From the IMG/VR virus record IMGVR_UViG_3300029675_000028: a DNA stretch of 36,144 bases. The stretch is one strand, 5' to 3'. Source of the DNA: a virus. The notes beneath the pieces are model-generated. The model was given only the letters and a program-made list of their open reading frames with translations. It ran no database searches and was not told the DNA's origin. A program made the translations under genes and the position numbers. Below, one piece after another: positions 1 through 7,970 of this stretch (position 1 is the stretch's first letter; each line of letters starts with the position of its first letter).

Positions 1-99
1 CGGGTATACGCTTCGCCGAGTTGTTGTTCGAGTCTGCTGCCTCGCGGGATGCGCAGGTCTGGCGCGAATTCCGATCCGTCGGTGAACATGTCCGGCGAT
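1..99. repeat. Terminal direct repeat, identical to 36046..36144 (circular-assembly overlap or terminal redundancy)
   Basis: Read directly: nt 1-99 (cgggtatacgcttcgccgag...tccggcgat) recur exactly at 36046-36144. Confidence 0.97.
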
Positions 100-914
100 T
101 CGCTGCGCATCCACGAGAGCACGGTGTTGGGATCGCTGCCGGCCCCGGCCGCTTTGGCGGCGTTCTTTGCCTGCTGGTATATGGCCTTGAGTTTGTCGGG
201 GTCGTAGCCGTCGATCTCGGTCTCTCCCCACGAGGGGACGATCTTGCAGTCGCAGTCGTGGTGGTACCTGTGCCACTTGCCGGCGGTGTCCTCGCTGGCA
301 TAGACGAAGCCTCGGGACGCGAGCATGGCGCAGAACGCGCAGGTCTTGCCTTGGGGCACTCGCGCGTATTTGGGGCGGGTGGGGTCGTTCTGGGCGGTGA
401 ACCGTCCTGTGAGGCGTGCGGTCTCGTTGATGACGTCCTTGGCCAGGCGCGCCCAGTCGTCTTCGGTGTAGCCTCGCGTGTTGACGGCCCAGAGGTGATC
501 CATGGTCAGGCCGGCTTTGCTTCGGCCGTTGATGACGTCGGTGAATTTCGCGCCGACGTGCATGGTGTTGTTGTAGCCGCCGACGATCTGCCAGAAGGCG
601 CGGTCCGAGCTGACCTGCGCCTCCTTGTAGTCGGGCATGCTGATGCCGGCGGCTTCGGCCCATGCGGCTCGCACGTTCCTGTAATAGTCCTGTGCGATGA
701 GGTTGGCCTTGCGCGCGTAGTCTTCCAGTTGGCGGCGGGCTTCGGTGGTGGGATCATCGCCGAAGTAGAGGCTGTTGGGCACCATCGTCTTGGCTTCGAT
801 GATGAGGTCGGCGAGCTCGTCCTGATAGTCGTCCCACATGTCGTTGAGGTGCCCGTTGAACGCTTTACGCTGCGCCGGGCTGAGGTTGCTCAGCGGCAGG
901 CTGTTGCTGTCCAT
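1..914 (-). CDS. MuF-like head morphogenesis / minor capsid protein (SPP1 gp7 family), N-terminal part. The ORF continues across the circular junction into 35400..36144, about 519 aa in total.
   Basis: Manual translation of the minus strand from ATG 914 gives MDSNSLPLSNLSPAQRKAFNGHLNDMWDDYQDELADL...VPQGKTCAFCAMLASRGFVYASEDTAGKWHRYHHDCDCKIVP...SPDMFTDGSEF with no stop to nt 1. AGGAGG lies 9 nt upstream of the ATG. The CxxC...HHDCDC motif is typical of the Phage_Mu_F domain. The ORF is absent from the track because its stop lies beyond the window edge. Confidence 0.85.
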   Translation of the reverse strand, partial: MDSNSLPLSNLSPAQRKAFNGHLNDMWDDYQDELADLIIEAKTMVPNSLYFGDDPTTEARRQLEDYARKANLIAQDYYRNVRAAWAEAAGISMPDYKEAQVSSDRAFWQIVGGYNNTMHVGAKFTDVINGRSKAGLTMDHLWAVNTRGYTEDDWARLAKDVINETARLTGRFTAQNDPTRPKYARVPQGKTCAFCAMLASRGFVYASEDTAGKWHRYHHDCDCKIVPSWGETEIDGYDPDKLKAIYQQAKNAAKAAGAGSDPNTVLSWMRSESPDMFTDGSEFAPDLRIPRGSRLEQQLGEAYT

Positions 915-2337
915 TGGCTGCGGCCTCCTGCGTGTCGGTCTTGGCGGCGGCGATCTTGGCGCGTAGTTCGTCGATGGCGTTCTGCGTGCGCTGCTGTCTC
1001 TCGTAGGCGCGATGGGCGGCGATCTCGTCCCATGTCAGGCCGGCGCGGCTCAGGCCCACGTCGCTGTCGGCGAAGGCGGGGTTGGTGGACGCGACCTTCT
1101 GATACCAGTCGGCGCGGGCGGCGTCGCTGGCTTCCTTGGTGGGTGCCCAGATCGGTCGCAGTCGGCGGATGTCGGCCTCGTCCGCGCCCTGGGCGGCGAG
1201 CGCCATGGCGAGGATGCTTTTGATGCTTTCGCCGAAGCGTTTGTTTTGCCTGTCGGCGGTGCGGGCGAGTTTGCGTTCGGCTTCGGCCATGGCTTCGGCG
1301 CTGGCGGGGTTGTCCATGGTGATGCCGAGGTCGTTGACGGGGATGTCGGTTTCGCTGCTGACCATGAGGGCGACGGTTCTGAGCATGTCGGAGTGCGGCT
1401 GCATCGAGGCCTGTGTGAGTTGGCGCAGTTCGGGTTTTTCGCCGTTGCGTCCGGCGGGGATTCCGTTGATGACGCTGACGATGCTGCCCCATGTGTCGGG
1501 GCTTACCTGTCCTTTGTTGGCTCCGAGGAACCAGATGCGCGGTGCCGCGTAGAATTCTGCGGTCGCTTCCATGCGCACGAGGGTGCGCAGTCCGAGGTCG
1601 GTGAGGGCCATGAGCGGGCGGGTGATGCGGCTGGAGCCGAGGGGTCGGTAGAGCTGCTGGTCGCTGATGATCGGCACGACGGTGGGGCGGTCGAAGCCGG
1701 TTTCGATGCGTTCGGCCTGCCATGTGCCGCCGTTGCGGCGGCACAGGTAGACCTTGCCTGGCAGCCATACGTCGAAGCGGGTGATGTAGCCGTCTTTGTC
1801 TTTGTCGCGGATGGTCATGGCCGCGCCGATCCTGTCGTTGCCCCAGTCCCATAGGGCGCTGCTCCAGTCGGCGGCGCGGGGCGTGATCCGTATGTCGTCG
1901 CCGTCGCCGGAGATGGTCATGAAGCTGCATCCGTGCGTGTATGCGGACACGATGGCCTGCTGGATTTTCACGCCGAACGTGTTCGCCGCGACGAGGTCGT
2001 CTACCTGCGTTTGGAGGGTTTCGGGCGCGTCGATGCCTTCGAACACGGAAAGGTCGGCGAGCGCGCGGACGGCTTTGTTGGGCCATCCGATCATTGGTTT
2101 GGCGAGGGCTTTCATGGCCGGCGGGATGCTGTAGGCGACGCCTTTGTAGTGGTAGTGGGCGAGGTAGTAGCTGGTGCGCAGGGTGTTGCGCGTGTAGTGG
2201 CGTCGCCATTGTTTGAGGAGTTCGGTGATGGTGGGTTGGTCGTCGGGGTCCACGCCGGCGATGGTGTTGGCGTAGGCGCTTTCGATGGCGAGCCAGCCGG
2301 CTTGTCCGCGCAGGATGGGGACGTCGTCGGTGTTCAT
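865..2337 (-). CDS. Portal protein (SPP1 gp6-like)
   Basis: 490 aa from the internal Met (MNTDDVPILRGQAGW...) of the 877-aa track ORF. The portion upstream of that Met overlaps terL in another frame and is R/P/H-rich. Sits between terL and the MuF gene. Confidence 0.9.
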   Translation of the reverse strand: MNTDDVPILRGQAGWLAIESAYANTIAGVDPDDQPTITELLKQWRRHYTRNTLRTSYYLAHYHYKGVAYSIPPAMKALAKPMIGWPNKAVRALADLSVFEGIDAPETLQTQVDDLVAANTFGVKIQQAIVSAYTHGCSFMTISGDGDDIRITPRAADWSSALWDWGNDRIGAAMTIRDKDKDGYITRFDVWLPGKVYLCRRNGGTWQAERIETGFDRPTVVPIISDQQLYRPLGSSRITRPLMALTDLGLRTLVRMEATAEFYAAPRIWFLGANKGQVSPDTWGSIVSVINGIPAGRNGEKPELRQLTQASMQPHSDMLRTVALMVSSETDIPVNDLGITMDNPASAEAMAEAERKLARTADRQNKRFGESIKSILAMALAAQGADEADIRRLRPIWAPTKEASDAARADWYQKVASTNPAFADSDVGLSRAGLTWDEIAAHRAYERQQRTQNAIDELRAKIAAAKTDTQEAAANGQQQPAAEQPQPGAA

Positions 2338-2339
2338 GC

Positions 2340-3773
2340 TTAGTACCATGCTTCCTGTTGTGCGGTGGGGTCTCTTCTGGTGGTCATGGCCCCGTGGAGG
2401 GCGAGGGTGACGGCGTTGAGCGGGCTGATGTCGGTGTCGTCGTCGGGTCGGTTCCATCCGAAGAGTCCGTTTTTGCCGATGGGGCGTGTGGTGGCTTTGC
2501 TGGCGGCTTGCCAGAGTGGTTGTTGGCCGTCTTCGGGCAGGTGGGTGAGGGTGCCGTCTCTGAGCATGTCCTGGAGGCGTCCGCAGGCGCGGCCCATGTC
2601 GGTGGCGGCGGTGACGGTGACGGTGACGCCGGCTTCGGCGAGGTCGGGCAGGAGCGCGGTGGCGGGGCTTTGCCCGTCGATGACGAGCGCGGCGGTTTGT
2701 TCCCAGACCTTGTCGATGAGGTTGACGGCCCACATGGTGCCGTCTTGGTTGGTGTCCCTGTATTCGGCGAGTTCGATGTGGGCGGTGCCGTCGTCGTAGC
2801 GCATGCATGCGCCGATGGTCAGGCGTGTGCGTGTGGGGTTCATGTCGATGCCGAAGCTCATGACGCCGCCTGGACGGCGTTTGTCGATGGTGGCTTCCTC
2901 CCACTGTCGGCGGTCGATGGCGCGGCTGAGGGCGTGTTCGTCCCAGATGCCGAGGGCTTCGCGGCGGAAGTCGTCGCCGGTGAGGTTTTCCCACAGGTTG
3001 GCGATGGATTCGTCGCTGGTGTGGGCCGGGTAGCTGGGGTTGGCTTTCCTCCATTGGTCGCGGTCGAGCGGGTAGGCGTCGCGGTCTGCGGTGAATTCGA
3101 CGTAGAGGGTGCTGTGGGTGCGGCCGGCGCGTGATTTGTCCCTGAGGCGGGTGAACGCTTCGCCGTTGTCCCTTGGCCCGGGCGGGGTGCCCATGTAGAT
3201 GGTCTGTGGGTTGTAGGCGCGGTTCTGGGTCGGCAGCATCGACGCCATCGCCGAGTCGGACAGGTGCTGGGCCTCGTCGATGACGAGCAGGGCGATCTTC
3301 TTGACGCCGCGCAATGCTCCGCGTTCTCGGGCGCGGAAGAAGATACGGCTGCCGTTGCGGAACCTGATCTCTTCCTTGCCGGCGGCCAGGGATATGCCGT
3401 GGTCGGGGTCCACGAGGCCGCTCATTTCCGGTCTGAGCACGATGGCGCACATGCTTTCGAACGTGTCCTTGATGACGCTGAAGTGCTGGGCGGTCCATAC
3501 GATGCGCATGCCGGGGGTTCGGGCGGCGCGGTGGATCGCGACCCAGCCGATGTCGTAGGTCTTGCCGGTCTGGCGTGGAATGGACAGTACGGCGTTGCGG
3601 GCGGACCAGAAGCCGTCGGCGCTTTTCGCGAGGATGATCCGGTTGATCTGCCGCTGCCAGACGTCGAACCGGTCGCCCGCCGCCGCGGCGAGGTTGTTCA
3701 GGCTCGGCTCTCCGCTCGTATACAGGTCGTCGGGGATGATCTGGCAGGCCGCCCCGTCAATCCTCGTGCTCAT
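2340..3773 (-). CDS. terL: Terminase large subunit
   Basis: Walker A-like PRQTGKT, Walker B-like LLVIDEAQ, and a C-terminal nuclease-like half. Start taken at ATG 3773 (MSTRIDG...); ATG 3818 is an alternative. Confidence 0.92.
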   Translation of the reverse strand: MSTRIDGAACQIIPDDLYTSGEPSLNNLAAAAGDRFDVWQRQINRIILAKSADGFWSARNAVLSIPRQTGKTYDIGWVAIHRAARTPGMRIVWTAQHFSVIKDTFESMCAIVLRPEMSGLVDPDHGISLAAGKEEIRFRNGSRIFFRARERGALRGVKKIALLVIDEAQHLSDSAMASMLPTQNRAYNPQTIYMGTPPGPRDNGEAFTRLRDKSRAGRTHSTLYVEFTADRDAYPLDRDQWRKANPSYPAHTSDESIANLWENLTGDDFRREALGIWDEHALSRAIDRRQWEEATIDKRRPGGVMSFGIDMNPTRTRLTIGACMRYDDGTAHIELAEYRDTNQDGTMWAVNLIDKVWEQTAALVIDGQSPATALLPDLAEAGVTVTVTAATDMGRACGRLQDMLRDGTLTHLPEDGQQPLWQAASKATTRPIGKNGLFGWNRPDDDTDISPLNAVTLALHGAMTTRRDPTAQQEAWY

Positions 3774-4050
3774 CCAATCGTTCGTCCTCCGTGTCCAGGG
3801 CCTGCATGGCCGGATCATGCTCGTTCGACGCCTTGTCGATCGCCTCGATCTCGGCGCTGATGTCCGCGAGCCGTTTCGTCAGACTGGCGAGGTCGCGTGA
3901 GCTTATCGACCCTTCGTCGAGCTTTTCGGCGATCAGGTTGCGCATCGCCACCAAGAGCCGCCGGCGGTCCCCGGAAGCGGCGGCGTTGCTGACCCTGCGC
4001 GACCTCGAAGAGGGTTTCGACCGGGTGGTTTTCGGCGTTCTGGCGACCAT
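3757..4050 (-). CDS. terS: Putative terminase small subunit
   Basis: 97 aa (MVARTPKTTRSKPSS...RRLLVAMRNLIAEKLDEG...). AAGGAG lies 5 nt upstream of ATG 4050. Its 3' end overlaps the terL start. Basic N-terminus followed by a helical region. Confidence 0.65.
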   Translation of the reverse strand: MVARTPKTTRSKPSSRSRRVSNAAASGDRRRLLVAMRNLIAEKLDEGSISSRDLASLTKRLADISAEIEAIDKASNEHDPAMQALDTEDERLDEHED

Positions 4051-4133
4051 GACGGCTCCTTGCCAAGTGTGGAAAAAGTCCGGGGGAAAAACGGCCCTTT
4101 GCCCGTGGTGGCCGTCAGGGGGCCGGGTGGGGG

Positions 4134-4496
4134 CTACTCCCCACCCCCGAACCAGTCCGAGCATCGGATCGGCTGGCTTGGAGCCGTGGTGTCGTCGTGT
4201 CGCGGCGCCTCGCCGTGGGCGATGAGGTAGGCGACGCGCTCGCGTGCCCATGCCAGACCGTGCGTGCCTTTGATGGCGTTGCACCATCGATGCGCCGGAC
4301 CGCTGTTGTCGTGCGTCAGGGTGCCGCCTCGCGCCAAGGGTATCGTCTCGTCGATCACGAAGCTGTACGGGTCGGGCGAACGCAACGTGTAGTCGATGGG
4401 CCGATAGCAGATGTAGCAGTCGGCTTGCATGTGCCGCCACCGCTGCTGCTCCAGCCTGCGCCGATGCCCGTTGCGTTTGCGCGGGTTGCCGCTCAC
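4134..4496 (-). CDS. HNH-family endonuclease next to the terminase genes
   Basis: CYICYRPIDY...VIDETIPLARGG...DNSGPAHRWCNAIKG. GTG 4496 forms a GTGA overlap with the upstream stop. This position is typical of cos-type HNH/terminase modules. Confidence 0.8.
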   Translation of the reverse strand: MSGNPRKRNGHRRRLEQQRWRHMQADCYICYRPIDYTLRSPDPYSFVIDETIPLARGGTLTHDNSGPAHRWCNAIKGTHGLAWARERVAYLIAHGEAPRHDDTTAPSQPIRCSDWFGGGE

Positions 4497-4711
4497 TTGA
4501 GCCTCGGCTTGCTGCTGCACTGGCTGACCTCGACGCCGGCCCTGAACACGATCTCGTCGGCGATCAACGGCACCCACACGATGCCCAGATCGTCACGAGA
4601 AACCTCCAGATAGGGCTGCCGGTCGGCCATCGCATAGGGGAAGATCACGCCATCCACGAGCACCCGCCCCCTGCGGGCGTCCACTTCGATACGCTTGGGA
4701 TACAACGCCAT
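4493..4711 (-). CDS. Hypothetical protein (72 aa)
   Basis: MALYPKRIEVDARRGRVLVDGVIFPY...; GGAGG lies 6 nt upstream of ATG 4711; high GC3. Confidence 0.65.
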   Translation of the reverse strand: MALYPKRIEVDARRGRVLVDGVIFPYAMADRQPYLEVSRDDLGIVWVPLIADEIVFRAGVEVSQCSSKPRLK

Positions 4712-4855
4712 GACACGCCTCCAATCGAACGCCCACACGAACAACAAACGGCGCCCGCCGTCGGGAAGCAGCGGGAAGAACCGCCGGCGAGACGTCTGTC
4801 TGCGGTGGTTTCTCGGGTGCCGCATACGCCGGTTATGCACGGTGCCGACGGCGGC

Positions 4856-4950
4856 TGGCGGATGGCGCGGGATTCGAACCCGCGAAGCATGAGGCTATCA
4901 TGCTTGCCCGCCTAGCAAGCGGGTGCCTTCGGCCGCTCGGCCAACCATCC
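4856..4950 (-). tRNA. tRNA-Ser (anticodon GCU), class II with a long variable arm and encoded CCA
   Basis: Hand-folded cloverleaf: acceptor GGATGGT/GCCATCC; D arm GCC-GAGCGGCCGAA-GGC; anticodon arm CCCGC-TTGCTAG-GCGGG; 23-nt variable arm (AAGCATGA/TCATGCTT stem); T arm GCGGG-TTCGAAT-CCCGC; discriminator G followed by CCA. Confidence 0.85.
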
Positions 4951-4959
4951 CGGATATGA

Positions 4960-4991
4960 GAAAAGCCCCGCCGGCATGGGCAGGGCTTTTC
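4960..4991 (-). terminator. Rho-independent terminator-like hairpin downstream of 5039..5881
   Basis: GAAAAGCCC...GGGCTTTTC stem with T-runs on both strands. Confidence 0.5.
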
Positions 4992-5038
4992 GATACTCCG
5001 ATTACACGCGACAGCGTAACACGGAACCGGGTCAGGGT

Positions 5039-5881
5039 TCAAGCGTCGCCTGCGTCCCGCGCGTCCTTGGCTTGGGCGCACGCCAGCAATTCCAGAATGT
5101 TCCACGCCCAATAGGGGCCGTCGATGTGCCGCGTGCGGGGCATTTTGCCGCGCGTCCGCCAGTTCTTCAAGTCGTTGCCGCTCACGGCGACGCCAGTGTT
5201 CTCCCTGACCCATCGGGCGGCGTCGGATTGGGTGCGGGTGATGTGCATGAGGCCCGCGCGGCGCAGGTATTCCAACCGCACGCGCTTCAGATCGAGCCAT
5301 GCGCCGCATTCGGGACACACCGCATACCGCGCGGAATGGGCGGCGTAGATCGGCGTGCGCACCGGTTCCCCATCATCCCCCAACGTGTTCAGGCAGTCGG
5401 GGCATACGCCGACAAGACGGCGCTCGTCGGCCCGCGTGGTGGCGGTTTCGACCTTTTCCGACAGTCGGATCAGGTCGGCGTATAGGTCGCCGGCCGTGTC
5501 GAGTCGTGCGAGGTCGTGCATGTGGTGCAGCAGCAGGCTGGTGATGTCGGCCCATTGCATGAGGGTGCGGGGGCGGCCGTATCGGTCGTGTCCGATCGGT
5601 TTGACGCCGAGCATGCCGCCGGTGAGTTGCAGGTGCGTTTCCACCGTGGAGTAGAGCGCTTGGGCGGCTTCGTTGACCGGTGGGGCCGCGTATGCCGCGT
5701 TGCCGTGGCGTGGCGAGCGTTCGCGGGTGGTGGCTTGTTTGTAGGCGATCTGTTGGAGGGCGGGCATGCCGGCCTTCAAGAGCCATGCGAGGCGTTTCGC
5801 CCAGTCCTTGACGCATTCCTTGCACAGGTTCGCGTCGCCGGCCGGTTTGCCGCAGGCCGCGCAAGCTCGTTGTTCCATCAT
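5039..5881 (-). CDS. Zinc-ribbon protein with a C-terminal MerR/Xis-like HTH (possible late regulator; function uncertain)
   Basis: CAACGK...CKEC and CPDC...CPECG cysteine pairs. The C-terminus LMHITRTQSDAARWVRENTGVAVSGNDLKNWRTRG looks like an HTH. GAAAGGG RBS. Confidence 0.8.
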   Translation of the reverse strand: MMEQRACAACGKPAGDANLCKECVKDWAKRLAWLLKAGMPALQQIAYKQATTRERSPRHGNAAYAAPPVNEAAQALYSTVETHLQLTGGMLGVKPIGHDRYGRPRTLMQWADITSLLLHHMHDLARLDTAGDLYADLIRLSEKVETATTRADERRLVGVCPDCLNTLGDDGEPVRTPIYAAHSARYAVCPECGAWLDLKRVRLEYLRRAGLMHITRTQSDAARWVRENTGVAVSGNDLKNWRTRGKMPRTRHIDGPYWAWNILELLACAQAKDARDAGDA

Positions 5882-6029
5882 CCCAGCCCTTTCGATGGTG
5901 CTATACTCACTTGTTGGACAATGCGAGCCTCTGCCGAAAGGTGGGGGCTTTTTACTTTCCCATAAAGCCGTTCCCGCCGTGGTGGATGGGCTGGGAATGG
6001 CTTGTTTTTCAACGGTTTGCTGGCGTTCC

Positions 6030-6254
6030 TTAACTTTCTCTTCTATTGTCGCCGATGCCGGCGGGTTTTTCCAGCGCGTACCGTGGTTCGAGGAATTCGG
6101 GGCGTTTCGGCTGCGCGGGTGCCGGGTGGGCTTGCAGGATGATGGCCTTCACCTCGTCGATGGGGATGCGCAGGGATTGCGCCGTCTCTTCGGGGCTGAC
6201 GCCTTTGGTGCGCCAGTCCTCGATGATCCGCCGGATGCCGTCGGTGACTCTCAC
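6030..6254 (-). CDS. Small HTH DNA-binding protein (74 aa)
   Basis: GTG 6254 forms a GTGA overlap with the upstream stop, with GGAAGGAG upstream. IRRIIEDWRTKGVSPEETAQSLRIPIDEVKAII resembles an HTH. Confidence 0.7.
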   Translation of the reverse strand: MRVTDGIRRIIEDWRTKGVSPEETAQSLRIPIDEVKAIILQAHPAPAQPKRPEFLEPRYALEKPAGIGDNRRES

Positions 6255-6487
6255 GCCCTCGCTCCTTCCTGATGGTCGAGTTGTTCGCGGGCCGAGCAGT
6301 CGGCGCACATCCGGGCGACGCGGCGCATGCATTTGCGGATCGCGGCATTGAGGGAGAGGGCGAGCACGGTGAACCGGCCGAAGCATTCCTGGTGCGTCAC
6401 GTCATGGCCGGGTGCGGCGGCGCCGCACATGAGGACGACCGGCCCGATCTGGTAGGCCGTGACGTCGATGTCTATCTTCTTGTTCAT
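6251..6487 (-). CDS. Hypothetical protein (78 aa, Cys-rich)
   Basis: MNKKIDIDVTAYQIGPVVLMCGAAAPGH...; its ATG overlaps the stop of the WhiB-like gene. Confidence 0.65.
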   Translation of the reverse strand: MNKKIDIDVTAYQIGPVVLMCGAAAPGHDVTHQECFGRFTVLALSLNAAIRKCMRRVARMCADCSAREQLDHQEGARA

Positions 6488-6714
6488 TTCCTGTCCTTTC
6501 TTTGTCTGCTCATGACGCCGTATTGCCGGCCGCCCCATATGCCCTGCAACGGGTAGCCGTTGATGCGGCTATGCCCATCGGCCCACTCGCGGCACTCGCC
6601 TATGACCGGGCATGGCCGGCAGACTGCGAGCGCCGTTTTGGTTTTGGATGGCCGGGTGCTGAACCAGAGTTCGGGGTCGTGGCCGCGGCATGCGGCTTGA
6701 TGTATCCAGTTCAT
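6484..6714 (-). CDS. WhiB-like (Wbl) transcription factor
   Basis: Four-Cys pattern AACRGHDPELWF...AVCRPCPVIGEC followed by a basic tail. Wbl proteins are restricted to actinobacteria and their phages. Confidence 0.88.
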   Translation of the reverse strand: MNWIHQAACRGHDPELWFSTRPSKTKTALAVCRPCPVIGECREWADGHSRINGYPLQGIWGGRQYGVMSRQRKDRK

Positions 6715-6717
6715 GGG

Positions 6718-6969
6718 TTATCGGTCTCCGTCGCGGTAGGGGTTGATGTGTCGGGCTTCTTTCATGGCGTCGAAGCGGCCGTAGCGTGCTTCCATGAGTT
6801 GTTTGCCTTCCTCGTAGGCTTGGATGGTTTCCGGGTTGGTGCGGGTGAAGGGTTCCACGGTGTCGCTGATGGCGTTGACATGCACGTTGGTGAAGCCGGC
6901 GGCTTCTAGGCGTTGCTGGATGGTGAGTGGGCTGTGGGCTGGCGTGTGGGCGGTGAAGCTGACCTGCAT
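6718..6969 (-). CDS. Hypothetical protein (83 aa)
   Basis: MQVSFTAHTPAHSPLTIQQRLEAAGF...; start overlaps the upstream stop by 1 nt; AAAGGAA RBS. Confidence 0.65.
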   Translation of the reverse strand: MQVSFTAHTPAHSPLTIQQRLEAAGFTNVHVNAISDTVEPFTRTNPETIQAYEEGKQLMEARYGRFDAMKEARHINPYRDGDR

Positions 6970-7184
6970 TATTCGAGGTTCCTTTCCGTGAGTCGTTTGG
7001 CTATGGTCTCGCCGAGCGGGGTGATCTGCCATCTTCCCCATGTGACGTGTTCGATGCAGTCCCGCACCTCCAATGCCTCGAAGGTGCGCTGGTGGTTGCG
7101 GTCGAGCGGGTAGGCGCTGCCGTTCTGCCAGATTTCCAATAGCAGTTCTCGCATGGCCGTGGTGAGTCTGATCCGTTCGCTCAT
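6969..7184 (-). CDS. Hypothetical protein (71 aa)
   Basis: MSERIRLTTAMRELLLEIWQNGSAYPL...; ATGA overlap; GGGAGA RBS. Confidence 0.65.
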   Translation of the reverse strand: MSERIRLTTAMRELLLEIWQNGSAYPLDRNHQRTFEALEVRDCIEHVTWGRWQITPLGETIAKRLTERNLE

Positions 7185-7429
7185 GTGAGGTCTCCCGTCG
7201 TGTCGTCGAGCACCTGACAGGTGATCGCGTCGATACGCCCGCCTGTTTTCACGGTCAGGCACAGGCGTTTCACGTCGCCGGTCCGCCGCACCTCCTGCGT
7301 GACGGTCTGCGCCTCCTGTTCGCCGAGCGGGGCCTGTTCGCCGAGCCCGTACCCGACGGCGAGCGCCGCGGAACTGGCCACGACGATGGGCATGATTCCG
7401 ACGGCGTATGGTCTGCCGTTCCTTCTCAC
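7181..7429 (-). CDS. Small membrane-anchored protein (82 aa)
   Basis: GTG 7429 in a GTGA overlap, with GGAGG 7 nt upstream. Hydrophobic segment IMPIVVASSAALAVGYGL. Confidence 0.55.
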   Translation of the reverse strand: MRRNGRPYAVGIMPIVVASSAALAVGYGLGEQAPLGEQEAQTVTQEVRRTGDVKRLCLTVKTGGRIDAITCQVLDDTTGDLT

Positions 7430-7755
7430 TGCATTGCCTCCGTTCCGTTGATAAAGCCCCATGCGCTCGCGGCCACCTGCTTCCACCATTCGAGCACGTC
7501 GTCGGCGACGGCCTTGCCGCTCTCGTACACGGTCGGGCGCTCGCCGTTGGCCTCCCAGAGGGCGAGGGCGAGCAGGTCGAGTTCGTCGGGGGTGAGGGGC
7601 GTGGCTGTGATGGCTTGTTCGATGCGGATGGCGAGCGCGAGCGCATCGTTGTGGCCTTGGGTGTATCCGATGACGTAGGCTTCGGCCGGAGTGTCGTTGC
7701 CGAGGCCGGCGTCGGCAAGCGCGTTCAACGCTTGTTGTGTCAGGTCGATGCTCAT
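7426..7755 (-). CDS. Hypothetical protein (109 aa)
   Basis: MSIDLTQQALNALADAGLGNDTPAEAY...; ATGA overlap with the upstream gene. Confidence 0.7.
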   Translation of the reverse strand: MSIDLTQQALNALADAGLGNDTPAEAYVIGYTQGHNDALALAIRIEQAITATPLTPDELDLLALALWEANGERPTVYESGKAVADDVLEWWKQVAASAWGFINGTEAMQ

Positions 7756-7970
7756 GCGTCGTCCTTGTCTTGTTGGTTGGTGATTTGGCTGAATTGTTCG
7801 AGATGGCCGATCCAGCGCAATAGGGCGAGGGTGATGGTGCCCCGGTACATGTCCTGTGTGAGGCTGGGGTGCGCCGAGTAGAGCGTGTCGCCGGTCTCGT
7901 CGGATTGGATGGTGCCGAGTTTGATGGTGGTGCCGTCCGTCTGATCGCACATGATCCGAATGCGTGTCAT
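7752..7970 (-). CDS. Hypothetical protein (72 aa)
   Basis: MTRIRIMCDQTDGTTIKLGTIQSDETG...; ATGA overlap; AGGAAGG RBS. Confidence 0.65.
   Translation of the reverse strand: MTRIRIMCDQTDGTTIKLGTIQSDETGDTLYSAHPSLTQDMYRGTITLALLRWIGHLEQFSQITNQQDKDDA

Noticed and set aside
506-757. 83-aa minus-strand ORF within the MuF gene region
   Set aside because: It is out of frame with the continuous MuF reading frame that I translated, and its product is P/T/S/R-rich.
21-1223. 400-aa plus-strand ORF at the window start, and similar long plus-strand ORFs (10758..12107, 21349..23097, 24921..26729, 27914..28933, 29336..30442, 15982..17022)
   Set aside because: They lie antisense to minus-strand genes with clear protein-family signatures. 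Their products are low-complexity G/A/V/R/D-rich strings with no RBS. This is typical shadow-ORF behaviour in high-GC DNA.
2338-3498. N-terminal extensions of track ORFs, e.g. the first 387 aa of the 877-aa 'portal' ORF, the first 579 aa of the 1400-aa ORF, and the 668-aa ORF 33261..35267
   Set aside because: The extensions are R/P/H/Q-rich and overlap well-supported genes in another frame. Real starts with SD sequences or ATGA coupling occur at internal Met/Val codons.
4051-4133. Calling the HNH/terS intergenic region the cos site
   Set aside because: The position is right for HNH-dependent cos phages, and the region is rich in G/C runs with a hairpin (ACGGCC...GGCCGT plus T5). However, nothing in the sequence alone defines cohesive ends, so I left it unannotated.
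4856-4950. Whether the phage tRNA is an amber suppressor explaining the in-frame TAG at 21160
   Set aside because: The anticodon loop reads TT-GCT-AG with U33 in place, so the anticodon is GCU (Ser), not CUA. TAG also terminates several complete genes here.
5885-5930. Late promoter upstream of 5039..5881 (TGAGTATAGC extended -10-like, TTGTCC -35-like)
   Set aside because: The spacing between the candidate elements is wrong (about 10 nt), which is too weak to report as a feature.
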